From NCBI GenBank assembly GCA_964488835.1, contig CAZAVX010000002.1:56243-117985 (forward strand): a DNA stretch of 61,743 bases, given 5' to 3'. The notes under the pieces were generated by a model. That model searched no databases. It worked only from the letters and a program-made list of their open reading frames with translations, and had not been told where the DNA came from. Each line of letters opens with the position of its first letter. Within the stretch, counting starts at the first letter, position 1. Source of the DNA: an uncultured Iamiaceae bacterium. Lineage in GTDB: Bacteria > Actinomycetota > Acidimicrobiia > Acidimicrobiales > SKKL01. A program made the position numbers and the translations under genes. Shown here one piece after another: positions 10,420-19,611 of this stretch.

Positions 10420-11226
10420 ATGTCTGAACCGGTGGTCGACCTGCTCGAGACGGTGTGGCGCTCGATCTCCGAGTTGCTCGACGAGCTCGACGACGACGAC
10501 TGGGACACGCCCACCGACCTCCCCGGCTGGACGGTGCGCGACGTGGTGTCGCACATGATCGGCACCGAGAAGATGCTGGCCGGGCACCCGTCCCCGCCGC
10601 CGCCGGCGAGCCTCGGCGAGCACGTCCGCAATCCCATCGGCGAGGTGAACGAGGCATGGGTCGAGGCCCGCCGAGGGGTCCCCGGCCCCGAGCTGGCCGC
10701 CGAGTTCCGGGCGATCACCACCGAGCGGCTCGCCCAGCTGCGGGACATGTCGCCCGAGGAGTTCGACACGGTCGGGTTCACCCCCGAGGGCGAGGGCCCG
10801 TATCGCTCCTTCATGTCGATCCGGGTGTTCGACTGCTGGGAGCACGAACAGGACATCCGCCGAGCCACCGACCGGCCGGGCCACCTCACCGGACCGGTCG
10901 CCGCCCACGCCGTCCAGAAGGTCACCAACGCCCTCGGCTACATCGTCGGCAAGAAGGCAGCCGCTCCCGACGGCACGACGGTGGTGTTCGACATCACCGG
11001 ATCGCTCCCCATGATCCAGCCGGTGTACGTCGACGGTCGGGCCCGCATCCTCGACCGCGAGCCCAACGACCGGGACGTCACGATCCATCTCGACACCGAG
11101 ACCTACAACGCGCTCGGCTGCGGTCGGTGGACCGCCGAGCACGCCCTCGCCACCGGACGCGCCCGTCTCGAGGGCGACGAGGAGCTGGGCCGCAGGGTGC
11201 TCGAGTCGATGGCGTTCACCATCTGA
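10420..11226 (+). CDS. DinB/MDMPI-like (mycothiol maleylpyruvate isomerase N-terminal domain) family protein
   Basis: Starts at the ATG at 10420, preceded by GAGGGGG. The N-terminal segment LLETVWRSISELLDELDDDDWDTPTDLPGWTVRDVVSHM is typical of the actinobacterial DinB-like/MDMPI_N family. 268 aa. Confidence 0.7.
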   Translation: MSEPVVDLLETVWRSISELLDELDDDDWDTPTDLPGWTVRDVVSHMIGTEKMLAGHPSPPPPASLGEHVRNPIGEVNEAWVEARRGVPGPELAAEFRAITTERLAQLRDMSPEEFDTVGFTPEGEGPYRSFMSIRVFDCWEHEQDIRRATDRPGHLTGPVAAHAVQKVTNALGYIVGKKAAAPDGTTVVFDITGSLPMIQPVYVDGRARILDREPNDRDVTIHLDTETYNALGCGRWTAEHALATGRARLEGDEELGRRVLESMAFTI

Positions 11227-11239
11227 GGGCGACACGGCG

Positions 11240-12415
11240 GTGACCGAACCCGACGCCGACCCCCGACCGCCAGATCCGACCAGCACCAGTCGACCGCGCA
11301 TGCGCGAGGAGCCGATGCCCTCGTGGGTTCCGCGGGCCATCGTGCTGTTCTTCGTGGGGTTCGTCGCCGTGCTGGTGCTCGGCTGGCTCCTTTCGCGGCT
11401 CCAGAGCCTCCTCGTCATGCTGCTGGTGTCGCTCTTCGTGTCGTTCGCGCTCGAGCCGGCCGTCAACTGGATGGAGCGTCACGGTGTGCGGCGGGGTCTC
11501 GGCACGGCGCTCACCTTCCTCGGGCTCGTCGTCGTGGTGGCCATCTTCGGCTACTTCATGGGTCGACTCTTCGTCGACCAGGTGGCCGCGCTCATCGACC
11601 GCATGCCGGAGTACATCGAGCAGGTGCAGGACTGGGCGAACCGCACCTTCGACCTCGAGCTCGACGCCGACGCGCTGATCGCCGAGTTCCAGGCGGGCGG
11701 GCGCGCCGACGAGATCGCCGGGCGCCTGGCGAGCAACATCTTCGAGATCAGCTCCACCATCGTCGGGGTCATCTTCCAGCTGCTCACCGTCGCGCTCTTC
11801 ACCTTCTACCTCGTGGCCGACGGCCCCCGGCTCCGGCGGGCGATCTGCTCGACGATGAGCCCCGAGCGCCAGCGCGAGGTGCTGCGGGCGTGGGAGATCG
11901 CCATCGACAAGACCGGCGGGTACATCTACTCGCGGGTCCTGCTCGCCACCATCTCCGGGTTGTTCCACTGGGCGGCGTTCGAGCTCTTCGACGTTCCCTT
12001 CGCCCTGCCCCTCGCCCTGTGGGTCGGCGCGATGTCCCAGTTCATCCCGGTGGTCGGCACCTACCTCGCCGGCGCGCTCCCCGTGCTCATCGCGCTGCTC
12101 GACGACCCGGTCACCGCGCTGTGGGTGCTCGTCATCGTCGTCGTCTACCAGCAGGTCGAGAACTACATCCTCCTCCCGCGGGTGAGCGCCCACACGATGC
12201 AGCTCCACGCCGCGGTCGCGTTCGGCGCCGTGATCGCCGGTGCCGCCATCCTCGGCGTGGTCGGCGCGCTCCTCGCGCTCCCTGCCGCCGCGACGCTCCA
12301 GGCGTTCGTGTCGAGCTACCTCTCGCGCCACGAGGTGGTGGAGTCGGCCCTCACCGACGACGGTGCGCGCGTGCGCGCCGACCGCAACCGCCAGCGACGC
12401 CCAGAACCCACCTGA
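11240..12415 (+). CDS. AI-2E family transporter (PerM/YhhT-like permease)
   Basis: 391 aa with about 8 hydrophobic helices and a layout typical of the AI-2E family. The start could instead be the internal ATG (MREEPMPSW...). Confidence 0.8.
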   Translation: MTEPDADPRPPDPTSTSRPRMREEPMPSWVPRAIVLFFVGFVAVLVLGWLLSRLQSLLVMLLVSLFVSFALEPAVNWMERHGVRRGLGTALTFLGLVVVVAIFGYFMGRLFVDQVAALIDRMPEYIEQVQDWANRTFDLELDADALIAEFQAGGRADEIAGRLASNIFEISSTIVGVIFQLLTVALFTFYLVADGPRLRRAICSTMSPERQREVLRAWEIAIDKTGGYIYSRVLLATISGLFHWAAFELFDVPFALPLALWVGAMSQFIPVVGTYLAGALPVLIALLDDPVTALWVLVIVVVYQQVENYILLPRVSAHTMQLHAAVAFGAVIAGAAILGVVGALLALPAAATLQAFVSSYLSRHEVVESALTDDGARVRADRNRQRRPEPT

Positions 12416-12421
12416 GGCTGC

Positions 12422-14590
12422 TCAGCGGTCGGTGTCGCGGTCGACCGGGTCGTTGCCCGCCGGATCGCTGCCCGCCGGACCGTCGTCGTCCAGTTCGTCG
12501 TCGTCCGACTCGCCGTCGAGCGAGTCGTCGGGCAGATCCTCGGACCCATCCTCGGGCAGATCCTCTGGTCCATCGTCGAACACCGGCTGGTCGAGCTCGT
12601 CGAGGCGGTCGAGCTCGTCGGGATCCTCGAAGTCGTCGAAGGTGATCGCCCCCTCGAACCCGGCGAACTCGTCGGCACCCGGACCTCCGGTGGCGTCGGC
12701 GGACGCGGCCTCGAGCGCCGGGCGGGTGGCCCTCGGGAGGTCGCGCGGAGCCGACACGTTCACGTCGACGAACGCGAGCATGTCCTGGGCCGACGCATCG
12801 GCCTCGCCGCCCGAGCTGCGCAGCTGACGGGCGAGCTGCCGGGCCCGCCGTGGCAAGCGTCGGAGTCGGATCGGATCGGCGCCGACCGACGCCCGCAACA
12901 GCACGAGACGGCCGTACGCCGCCTGGAAGTCGTCGGCGGAGGGGTCGAGCGCGGCCCGGCGCGTGCGCTCGGGATCGAGCTCGAAGATCCACGTGTCGCG
13001 CAGGGTGAGCGGCACCCGGCCGAACACCCGCCGGTCCTCGACCACCACGCCCTCGCTCGCCACCACCGGCCCCGTCGGCGAGGAGACGACGCCGACCGGC
13101 GGCCGCAGCGGACTCCGGGGGTTGTGGACGAAGAACGTGAGGCCGGCCACCGTGAGACGCCGACCGCGCCGCAGCTCGGCGGGCTCGAACATGTCGTTGC
13201 CGACGAGCAGCGCCGTGCCCGTGTCGGCCCGCCACACGCTGTCGTCGGACCGGACGAGCACGGGAACCTCCGCGATGACGGCGCGTCGTGAGGGACGGAA
13301 CCGCGCCCGGAGGAAGTCGAAGAGCCACACCGCGGTGACCGGCAGGCCGAGCCCCACCAGGCTCATCAACACGGTGAGCAGGATCCGGCGGGCGAGGTCG
13401 ACCGGCTCGTGCACCTCGAGGGACACCGCCAGCTCGACGAGGTCGTAGGAGTCGTCGACACGACTGCCGATGCCGACGACGACGGTGCCGCCGTAGAGGC
13501 CGGACTCGAGCCTGGGATCGAGATCGAGGCGGAGCGGCACGGTGCGGGACTCGCCCGCTGGCACGACGACGCACGAGGCGGGGGACACCGCGCCGGCGAG
13601 GTCGAGCACGGCCTCGACGCCAGCGAGGTCGAGCGCGCCGTCCTCGACCCACACGCACGCGTCGACCGCCGGTCCGGCGACGACGGCGAGGCCTCCCGAT
13701 GCCGTCCCGCCACCGTCGCCCCGCATGGTCACCGCCGTGGCACCGAGGTGGGGCCAGGCGTCGGCGGTGAAGCGTTCGGTGTCGGAGCGGACCACGACCT
13801 CGGGGAGGGCGACGAGGTTCGTCGTGGCGGCGAGGGTGGCCACCGCTTCGAGCGGACCGGCCGGTACCCCCTCGGGGAGCGTCAACTCGCCCGCGAAGCC
13901 GCCGAGATCGTCGGGTGCGAGCACCGAGGTCGCGACGGCGGCACCCGTGGCGTCGAGGACCTCGACGGTGACCGTGACGAGATCGGCGACGTCGTCGGCA
14001 GGGACGTAGCGCCCGTCGCGATCGGCGAGCTCGACGCTGACCGTGGTGGCGCGCCCGTCGACGAGCCGTGGAGGCGAGGGGAACCGGGGCACGACCCCGC
14101 CTTCACCGGTGACCGATACCGCGGCCTCCTCCCCTTCCGCCACAGGATCGACGACGGTGAGCGACCACGAGCCGGGCCAGTCGCGCCGGGTGGGATCGAA
14201 GGTCATGTCGAGGCGGACGACCGTCGGCTCGACCCAGGTGGTGTCGACCCGAACACTGCCCGCGGCGAGGCTGCCCGGCGACGGCGGGTGCAGCGGGATC
14301 GCCACACCCCATGGCATCCCGAGCTCGATCCAGCTCTCGTCGGACGGCACCGCGATGGTGGCGGAGAGGGCACCGAGCACGGGATCGAGCGCGAACTCCC
14401 AGCGGCCCTCGTCGCACGGCCCGCCGGTGCACACCACGAGCGGGCGTTCGACGCTGCCCGCCTGGCGGGTCTCACCCGCCCGCGACCGGGCGTCGGCGGG
14501 CAGCGCGGAGAGGGCGAGCGCACACGCGACGATGGTCGCGACCACCGCCGCTGCGGACCGCCGAGGACGGAGGGGGATCAGCGGGACCAC
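12422..14590 (-). CDS. Large single-pass membrane protein of unknown function with a highly acidic C-terminal tail
   Basis: C-terminal 722 codons of ORF 12422..15088. The upstream 166 codons are Arg/Pro-rich and overlap a better membrane ORF in another frame, so I place the start at the GTG at 14590, which overlaps the upstream stop (GTGGTCCCGCTGA). Signal/anchor AAAVVATIVACALALSALPADA, an outside region of about 365 aa, TM ILLTVLMSLVGLGLPVTAVWLF, an inside region of about 300 aa, and a D/E-rich tail. Confidence 0.6.
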   Translation of the reverse strand: MVPLIPLRPRRSAAAVVATIVACALALSALPADARSRAGETRQAGSVERPLVVCTGGPCDEGRWEFALDPVLGALSATIAVPSDESWIELGMPWGVAIPLHPPSPGSLAAGSVRVDTTWVEPTVVRLDMTFDPTRRDWPGSWSLTVVDPVAEGEEAAVSVTGEGGVVPRFPSPPRLVDGRATTVSVELADRDGRYVPADDVADLVTVTVEVLDATGAAVATSVLAPDDLGGFAGELTLPEGVPAGPLEAVATLAATTNLVALPEVVVRSDTERFTADAWPHLGATAVTMRGDGGGTASGGLAVVAGPAVDACVWVEDGALDLAGVEAVLDLAGAVSPASCVVVPAGESRTVPLRLDLDPRLESGLYGGTVVVGIGSRVDDSYDLVELAVSLEVHEPVDLARRILLTVLMSLVGLGLPVTAVWLFDFLRARFRPSRRAVIAEVPVLVRSDDSVWRADTGTALLVGNDMFEPAELRRGRRLTVAGLTFFVHNPRSPLRPPVGVVSSPTGPVVASEGVVVEDRRVFGRVPLTLRDTWIFELDPERTRRAALDPSADDFQAAYGRLVLLRASVGADPIRLRRLPRRARQLARQLRSSGGEADASAQDMLAFVDVNVSAPRDLPRATRPALEAASADATGGPGADEFAGFEGAITFDDFEDPDELDRLDELDQPVFDDGPEDLPEDGSEDLPDDSLDGESDDDELDDDGPAGSDPAGNDPVDRDTDR

Positions 14591-14961
14591 CCCTCGGCGA
14601 GCAGCCAGGACGACCAGACCGTGCCGACGACCGCGAGCACCCAGATCGCGACCAGGACGCGCCGGCTGCGCGTGGTGCGGTCGGGAGTGAGGTCGGGGCG
14701 GGCGAGGATGTCGACGCGCCGGGCGGCGGCGAAGAGCCCGATGGCGACGACCGAACTGAGGACGAACGCGACTGGGAGCACCAGCTCGAGCACGGCGAGG
14801 ACGCTGCCGACCATCGCGGCGACCGCGGCGCCGAGGGTGAGGGGCCGCGCGACACCGAGCACCAAGGTGGGATCGGTGGCCCGTCGCAGGGGGCGCCGCC
14901 GGGGTCTCCGGGCCCTGTCGTCGGTGGCTGTCGGGTTGGTCGTGCGGTCCCTCGTCGGCAC
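14578..14961 (-). CDS. Small three-TM membrane protein of unknown function
   Basis: 127-aa ORF with a basic N-terminus and three clear hydrophobic helices (LGAAVAAMVGSVLAVLELVL, VAFVLSSVVAIGLFAAA, VLVAIWVLAVVGTVWSSWLLA). Its stop overlaps the GTG of the downstream large membrane protein. Confidence 0.6.
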   Translation of the reverse strand: MPTRDRTTNPTATDDRARRPRRRPLRRATDPTLVLGVARPLTLGAAVAAMVGSVLAVLELVLPVAFVLSSVVAIGLFAAARRVDILARPDLTPDRTTRSRRVLVAIWVLAVVGTVWSSWLLAEGWSR

Positions 14962-15080
14962 GATCGGAGGGTAGCAAGGCCGCGTCGATGCCCCTCCCGG
15001 CGGTGGCCCGCGTCACGGCGTCGATCCGCGGAAATCGGCCCCCGATCGACCATCCTGGAACTGCGGGTGGCCGCCCCTGC

Positions 15081-15096
15081 TCGAACATGTGTTCGA
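15081..15096 (+). promoter_or_regulatory. LexA-type SOS box (TCGAAC-N4-GTTCGA)
   Basis: TCGAACATGTGTTCGA is a perfect match to the actinobacterial/mycobacterial LexA operator palindrome. It lies 53 nt upstream of the topoisomerase A-subunit start and 120 nt from the divergent membrane gene start. A TAGGCT -10-like hexamer follows at 15102-15107. Confidence 0.7.
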
Positions 15097-15148
15097 CCTG
15101 GTAGGCTGCTCACTCCCCCGTCAGTCGTTGTCGCACGGAGCACCCCAC

Positions 15149-17557
15149 ATGTCGCAACAGGGAGAGCTCGTCCCCTTCGCCCGCGAGGTCGTCGACGTCG
15201 CCGTCAGCGACGAGCTGAGCGAGTCGTTCCTCGCCTACTCCATGTCGGTCATCACCTCCCGCGCCCTCCCCGACGTGCGCGACGGGCTCAAGCCGGTGCA
15301 GCGGCGGATCCTCTTCGCCATGCACAGCATGGGCATCCGCCCCGACACGCCCACCCGCAAGAGCGCGCGTGTCGTCGGCGAGACGATGGGGAAGTACCAC
15401 CCCCACGGCGACGGCGCGATCTACGACGCCCTCACCCGCCTCGGTCAGGACTTCGGCCGCAACATCACCTTCGTCCACCCCCAGGGCAACTTCGGCTCCC
15501 TCGACGACCCGCCCGCCGCCTCGCGCTACACCGAGTGCCGCCTCACCGAGGCCGCGATGGACATGATCGCCGAGCTCGACGAGAACACCGTCGACCGCCG
15601 GCCCACCTACGACGGCGAGGGCGAGGAGCCCTCGGTCCTCCCGGCGCTCCTGCCGAACCTGCTCGTCAACGGCGTGTCGGGCATCGCGGTGGGCATGGCC
15701 ACGAACATGGCACCCCACAACCTCGGCGAGGTGTACGAGGCCATCAAGCTGGTGATGACCAAGCGGCGACCCAAGCCGACCGTCGAGGAGCTGATGGCGG
15801 TGCTCCCCGGCCCCGACTTCCCCTCCGGCGGCATCGTCATCGACGACAGCCTCCGCGAGGCCTACGCCACCGGCCGGGGCACCGTGCGCATCCGCGCCAG
15901 GGCCGAGGTCGCCCAGGTGAGCCCTCGCCGCCAGGGCATCGAGGTCACCGAGCTCCCGTACCTCGTCGGTCCCGAGCGGGTGGTCGCGAAGATCAAGGAG
16001 CTGATGCTCGCCGGCAAGCTCACCGGCATCAGCGACATCAAGAACCTCACCGACCGCCACCACGGCCTGCGCATCCAGATCGAGTGCAAGACCGGCGTCA
16101 ACCCCCACGCCGTGCTCACCGAGCTCTACCGCCTCACGCCGATGGAGGAGAGCTTCGGCATCAACAACGTGGTGCTCGTCGACGGTGCGCCCCGCACCCT
16201 CGGGCTCTACGACCTCTGCCTCGCCTACGTCGAGCACCGCCTCGAGGTGGTGGTGCGCCGCAGCGAGTTCCGGCTCGGCCGGGCGCGCGACCGCCTCCAC
16301 CTCGTCGAGGGCTTCCTCATCGCCCTCGACGCCATCGACGAGGTCGTCCGCATCATCCGCGGCTCCCACGACACCGCCGAGGCGCGCGCCGCGCTCATCG
16401 AGCGCTTCTCCCTCTCGGAGATCCAGGCCAACGCCATCCTCGAGATGCCCCTACGGCGCCTCACCGCCCTCGAGACCCTGAAGCTCGAGGAGGAGCGCGA
16501 CGAGCTCGTCGCCCGCATCGCCGACCTCGAGGCCATCCTCGGGTCCGAGCAGCGTCGGCGCACCATCGTCCTGAAGGAGCTCGCCGAGGTCGTCGAGCGC
16601 CACGGCCGACCCCGGCGCAGCACGGTGGTGTCGGCCGACCAGGTGCACGACATCGCCCCCGCCGAGCCGCTCCCGCTCGAGATCGCCGACGACCCGTGCG
16701 TCGTCACCCTCAGCACCACCGGGCTCATCGGTCGCGAGCCGCTCGAACCGGCGTCGCGACCGTCGCTCGGCCGTCACGACGTGCTCGTCGCGCGGGTCAC
16801 CACCACCAACCACGCCACGGTCTACGCCATCACCGACACCGGTCGGGCCCTGCCGGTGACCGCCATGGAGGTGCCCGAGGTCGCCGGGCGCAACCGGGGC
16901 GCCAACGCCGCCGAAGTCGTCGACCTCAAGCACGGCGAGTCGGTGCTCACCCTCGCGGTGCCGGGCCCCGACCCCCTGCTGCTCGTCACCCGCAACGGCG
17001 TCGCCAAGCGCCTCGCGGGCGACGAGCTCGCCGGGGTGAAGGCCGGCGGCACCGTCATCGGCCTGAAGGGCGACGACCGCGTCGTCGCCGCGCTCGTCGC
17101 TCCCGAGGGCAGCGAGGTGGTCATCGTCGCCGACGACGCCCAGGCGCTGCGCACCGCCACCGACCAGATCAGCATCCAGGGACGGGGCGCTGGGGGCGTG
17201 GCCGGCATGAAGCTGAAGTCCGGAGCCGCTGTCGTGGGAGCCGGCCTCGCTCCCCCGGGTGCCCAGGTGCTCTCGGTCACCGACCTCGGAACCGCGAAGC
17301 TCACCGACGCCGCGGAGATCCCCGCGAAGGGTCGCGGCACCGGCGGCGTGCGCCTCACCAGGTTCAAGAACGAGAACCGCCTCGCGTGGGCCTACGTCGG
17401 GCCCGTCGACGAGCTCGCCGTCGTCGTCGGCCAGGCCGACGCGCCCACCAAGCCCGACCCCACGCCGGCGGCGCTCACCCTCACACCCAGCCGCCGCGAC
17501 ACCCAGAGCAGCGCCACCGACGAGCGCATCCTCGGCGTCGGCACCAGGAGGTTCTGA
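15149..17557 (+). CDS. Type IIA DNA topoisomerase subunit A (GyrA/ParC family; ParC-like, no GyrA box seen)
   Basis: ATG at 15149 preceded by GGAG. DGLKPVQRRIL, GKYHPHGD and the active-site Tyr region AASRYTECRL are present. C-terminal beta-pinwheel blades are present (QGRGAGGV, AKGRGTGGV), but no QRRGGKG-type GyrA box appears in the first blade. 802 aa. Confidence 0.9.
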   Translation: MSQQGELVPFAREVVDVAVSDELSESFLAYSMSVITSRALPDVRDGLKPVQRRILFAMHSMGIRPDTPTRKSARVVGETMGKYHPHGDGAIYDALTRLGQDFGRNITFVHPQGNFGSLDDPPAASRYTECRLTEAAMDMIAELDENTVDRRPTYDGEGEEPSVLPALLPNLLVNGVSGIAVGMATNMAPHNLGEVYEAIKLVMTKRRPKPTVEELMAVLPGPDFPSGGIVIDDSLREAYATGRGTVRIRARAEVAQVSPRRQGIEVTELPYLVGPERVVAKIKELMLAGKLTGISDIKNLTDRHHGLRIQIECKTGVNPHAVLTELYRLTPMEESFGINNVVLVDGAPRTLGLYDLCLAYVEHRLEVVVRRSEFRLGRARDRLHLVEGFLIALDAIDEVVRIIRGSHDTAEARAALIERFSLSEIQANAILEMPLRRLTALETLKLEEERDELVARIADLEAILGSEQRRRTIVLKELAEVVERHGRPRRSTVVSADQVHDIAPAEPLPLEIADDPCVVTLSTTGLIGREPLEPASRPSLGRHDVLVARVTTTNHATVYAITDTGRALPVTAMEVPEVAGRNRGANAAEVVDLKHGESVLTLAVPGPDPLLLVTRNGVAKRLAGDELAGVKAGGTVIGLKGDDRVVAALVAPEGSEVVIVADDAQALRTATDQISIQGRGAGGVAGMKLKSGAAVVGAGLAPPGAQVLSVTDLGTAKLTDAAEIPAKGRGTGGVRLTRFKNENRLAWAYVGPVDELAVVVGQADAPTKPDPTPAALTLTPSRRDTQSSATDERILGVGTRRF

Positions 17558-19611
17558 TGGCCCGGCACACCAAGCCCGCCACCGCCGGCTACGACGCCTC
17601 GCACATCCAGGTCCTGAAGGGCCTCGAGGCGGTGCGGAAGCGGCCCGGCATGTACATCGGTGGCACCGGTTCCGACGGTCTCTCCCACCTGTTGTGGGAA
17701 CTCATCGACAACTCCATCGACGAGGCCGCCGCCGGGCACGCCAACCGCATCGACGTGACCTTCCACCGCGACGGTTCGATCGAGGTGGCCGACAACGGCC
17801 GGGGCATCCCGATCGAGGAGAAGGACAAGGGCCGCACCGCCCTCGAGGTCGTCTTCACCGAGCTGCACGCCGGCGGCAAGTTCGGCTCGGGCGCCTACGC
17901 CGCCTCGGGCGGCCTCCACGGCGTCGGCGCCTCGGTCGTCAACGCCCTGTCCACCAAGCTCGTCGCCGAGGTCGACCGCGACGGCCACACCTGGCGGCTC
18001 GGCTTCGATGCCCGGCTCCCCGGTCGGTTCAACTCGAACGGCACCTTCACCCCCACCTCCGAGCTCGAGAAGGTGAAGCGGCTGCGCAACGCCAAGGTCA
18101 CCGGCACCAGGGTGCGGTTCTGGCCCGACACCGAGGTGTTCGACCCCGACGCGTCGATCTCCTACGCCGACGTGCGCGAACGCCTGGCCCGCATGTGCTT
18201 CCTCGTGCCCGGCCTCAAGATCTCCCTCACCGACAAGCGGGCCGGCGGGGGTGGCAGCGAGGAGTTCGTCTCCAAGGGTGGCCTCGCCGACTTCGTCGAC
18301 TACCTGAGCGTCGGCGAGAACCTCACCGACGTGATCCGGCTCTCGGGCACCGGCATCTTCACCGAGAAGATCGCCCAGGGCGGCGCGATGACCGAGGTCG
18401 AGCGCGAGTGCACCGTCGACCTCGCGATGCGCTGGGTGAAGGGCTACGACCCCACCATCGTCAGCTTCGTCAACACGATCCCCACCCCTGAGGGCGGCAC
18501 CCACGTCGCCGGGTTCGAACGGGCCATGACCCGGGTCGTCAACGACGTGTTGCTCGCCGACCTCCGCAAGCTCGCCAAGCTGGCCAAGGAGGGCAAGGAC
18601 AAGGCCACCAAGGACGACATCCAGGAGGGCCTCGTCGCCGCGCTGAAGGTCACCCTCCCCGAGCCCCAGTTCCGCGGCCAGACGAAGGAGGAGCTCGGCA
18701 CGCCCGGCGTGCAGTCCATCGTCTACGACGTCGTGAAGTCGGGCTTCACCGCGTGGATCGGGGGCGACGGCAAGAAGACCCACGTCAACGCGGTGCGCGA
18801 CAAGCTCGCCAACGCCGTCATCAACCGGGTCACCTCCAAGCAGGCCCTGGAGAACAAGCGCAAGGCGGCGAACCTCGGCAGCACCGGCATGCCCGACAAG
18901 CTCGCCGACTGCCGTCGCCACGGGCCCGACTCCGAGCTCATCATCGTCGAGGGCGACTCGGCGGCCGGCCCCGCGAAGCAGGGCCGCAACTCCGAGACCC
19001 AGGCCGTGCTCCCGATCCGGGGCAAGATCGTCAACGCCAGCAAGGCCACGGTGAAGCAGGTGCTCGACAACACCGAGGCCCAGGCGATCTTCACCGCCAT
19101 CGGCGCCGGGTCGGGCAAGGAGTTCGACCTCGACCTCGCCCGCTACGGCCGGGTCATCATCCTCTGCGACGCCGACGTCGACGGCAGCCACATCCGGTGC
19201 CTGCTCCTCACCCTGTTCCACCTCTACATGCGGCCCATGCTCGAGGCCGGCCGGGTGTTCGCCGCCCAGCCACCCCTCTACACCGCCAAGGTCGGCGGTC
19301 AGACCTACCGGGTGTTCAGCGACGCCGAACGAGACGCGGTCACCGCCGAGCTCGCCACCGGCAACCGCAAGGCCGAGAACATCCACTGGAGCCGCTTCAA
19401 GGGCCTCGGCGAGATGGAGGTGGCCGAACTGGCCGAGACGGCACTCGACGCCGGCACCCGCATCCTCAAGCGCATGACCGTCGCCGACGCCGAGGCCGCG
19501 GCCGCCGAGGCCGACCTCTTCGAGGTCCTCATGGGCAACGACGTGCCCCGCCGCCGCGACTTCCTCCTCGAGCGCGCCACCTTCCTCGACACCGACGCCC
19601 TCGACATCTGA
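17557..19611 (+). CDS. Type IIA DNA topoisomerase subunit B (GyrB/ParE family)
   Basis: The ATG shares one nucleotide with the upstream stop (TGATG) and is preceded by AGGAGG. GHKL ATPase motifs (LLWELIDNSIDEA, DNGRGIP, GLHGVGASVVNA). TOPRIM motifs (EGDSAAG, PIRGKIVN, DADVDGSHI). 684 aa. Confidence 0.9.
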   Translation: MARHTKPATAGYDASHIQVLKGLEAVRKRPGMYIGGTGSDGLSHLLWELIDNSIDEAAAGHANRIDVTFHRDGSIEVADNGRGIPIEEKDKGRTALEVVFTELHAGGKFGSGAYAASGGLHGVGASVVNALSTKLVAEVDRDGHTWRLGFDARLPGRFNSNGTFTPTSELEKVKRLRNAKVTGTRVRFWPDTEVFDPDASISYADVRERLARMCFLVPGLKISLTDKRAGGGGSEEFVSKGGLADFVDYLSVGENLTDVIRLSGTGIFTEKIAQGGAMTEVERECTVDLAMRWVKGYDPTIVSFVNTIPTPEGGTHVAGFERAMTRVVNDVLLADLRKLAKLAKEGKDKATKDDIQEGLVAALKVTLPEPQFRGQTKEELGTPGVQSIVYDVVKSGFTAWIGGDGKKTHVNAVRDKLANAVINRVTSKQALENKRKAANLGSTGMPDKLADCRRHGPDSELIIVEGDSAAGPAKQGRNSETQAVLPIRGKIVNASKATVKQVLDNTEAQAIFTAIGAGSGKEFDLDLARYGRVIILCDADVDGSHIRCLLLTLFHLYMRPMLEAGRVFAAQPPLYTAKVGGQTYRVFSDAERDAVTAELATGNRKAENIHWSRFKGLGEMEVAELAETALDAGTRILKRMTVADAEAAAAEADLFEVLMGNDVPRRRDFLLERATFLDTDALDI

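Noticed and set aside
14591-15088. The longer N-terminal extension of the large membrane protein (ORF start at 15088), which would span the SOS box.
   Set aside because: The extension is Arg/Pro/His-rich and overlaps a convincing three-TM ORF (14578..14961) in another frame. It would also run through the divergent promoter region.
14311-17556. The N-terminal 1080 or so codons of the 1766-aa ORF 14311..19611, which would suggest a giant fusion protein.
   Set aside because: Only the last 684 codons (from the ATG at 17557) look like a real protein, the GyrB/ParE family subunit. The upstream part is Arg/Pro-rich and overlaps the well-supported A-subunit gene in another frame.
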